DNA from: Flavobacteriales bacterium
Lineage (GTDB): Bacteria; Bacteroidota; Bacteroidia; Flavobacteriales; UBA1820
Direction of reading: 5' to 3'
Assembly: GCA_028709885.1 (NCBI GenBank)
Contig: JAQUTH010000002.1
Coordinates: 1 to 43,441, forward strand
DNA: 43,441 nt
Shown: positions 43,054-43,441 of the stretch, in pieces
Layout: the number at the start of each line of letters is the position of its first letter
How positions within the stretch are numbered: position 1 is the stretch's first letter
The notes under the pieces: model-generated
What the model was told of the DNA's origin: nothing
What the model saw: only the letters and a program-made list of their open reading frames with translations
The model's database searches: none
Program-made: the position numbers and the translations under genes

Positions 43054-43441
43054 TCACATACTGCTGTGCACTACATCTACACATTCAGTATTTTTACTAA
43101 AAATCTTTTTTGCACGTTCTGAAATTGTCTGCTTTAGTGTGGTTGGTTCAAGTATCTCTATACTGTCGGCAAATCCTAACAACAATGTTTCAAATTCGTA
43201 ATTAGGAATTACTTTTAATTCTATAACAACATAATCGCCGCCTCGCTCTTTTACCTTTTGAGTTTGATGAAGCGGTTTTGAAGCAATGTAATTATATCGC
43301 TTTTTATCAACTTTTAGTTTAATTGTTTCGATTTCACCATTATAAGGAACAGTAACTCTAACAACATCATCGAAATACTCACTAAAATCAATATTATAAT
43401 TATTAATAAACGAAATACTTACAGGTTTGAATGACTCTATT
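43054..43441 (-). CDS. WYL-domain transcriptional regulator, C-terminal 128 aa only (5' part beyond the right window edge)
   Basis: Absent from the ORF track because it is open-ended. My own translation gives ...IKLKVDKKRYNYIASKPLHQTQKVKERGGDYVVIELKVIPNYEFETLLLGFADSIEILEPTTLKQTISERAKKIF...SSM*. The 'H.SQ ... n.el...iL.fG..veVLeP..Lr' pattern is typical of the WYL/WCX C-terminus. Confidence 0.65.
   Translation of the reverse strand, partial: IESFKPVSISFINNYNIDFSEYFDDVVRVTVPYNGEIETIKLKVDKKRYNYIASKPLHQTQKVKERGGDYVVIELKVIPNYEFETLLLGFADSIEILEPTTLKQTISERAKKIFSKNTECVDVVHSSM

Larger units (their letters stand above)
28276..43441. mobile_element. Putative integrated genomic (defence) island; left junction at the tRNA-like remnant, right end beyond the window
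   Basis: Several observations support this:
- There is an abrupt change of gene content from housekeeping to defence/accessory.
- AT content is visibly higher. A 60-nt sample in the kinase gene was 27% GC by my count, versus 52% in a proC sample.
- A tRNA 3'-end remnant and an orphan terminator mark the junction.

No integrase is seen in the window. Confidence 0.5.

Noticed and set aside
28276-43441. Integrase, transposase or conjugation genes that would define the island type
   Set aside because: None is present within the window. Island status therefore rests on the junction remnant, the composition and the gene content, and I give it moderate confidence only.

Overview
This window looks like a Bacteroidales chromosome, for three reasons: TAnnTTTG -7 promoter boxes sit upstream of most operons, there are no Shine-Dalgarno spacers, and GWxTD, DUF4468 and DUF5009-type genes are present. 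It splits into two parts.

**Core region (1 to ~28.27 kb).** This is ordinary housekeeping DNA:
- the 5' part of nifJ (PFOR) and an NfnAB-type oxidoreductase pair
- map and an ABC-2 exporter
- a YidE-family transporter followed by mntP
- rlmB, a GWxTD protein, oxyR and mnmG
- a NupC-type nucleoside permease and a DUF151 nuclease
- an unusual single-chain ETF-like protein and an aminotransferase
- the proCBA operon, a DUF4468 protein and a sodium:alanine symporter

**Accessory island (~28.28 kb to the right edge).** At about 28276 the sequence shows a 15-nt tRNA-Ser 3'-end-like remnant beside an orphan terminator. From there the DNA is visibly AT-richer and mosaic, and I read it as an integrated defence island whose right end lies outside the window. 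No integrase is visible. It contains three parts:
1. A tightly coupled four-gene cassette: XRE-HTH, a 299-aa unknown, a 153-aa degenerate RuvC/RNase H-like protein, and a soluble Hanks-type Ser/Thr kinase. It matches no named defence or toxin-antitoxin system I know and is my top candidate for a novel system.
2. A cassette of lipoprotein, small basic ORF, HIRAN protein and outer-membrane beta-barrel.
3. A six-gene co-directional array: a WYL regulator (partial), a cold-shock-domain/DUF3825-like protein, hsdM, a Bro-N/Fic protein, hsdS, and an hsdR with an extra C-terminal HEPN-like (Rx4H) domain.

I found no rRNA, complete tRNA, CRISPR array or transposase. All family calls come from reading motifs by eye, and no database search was run.
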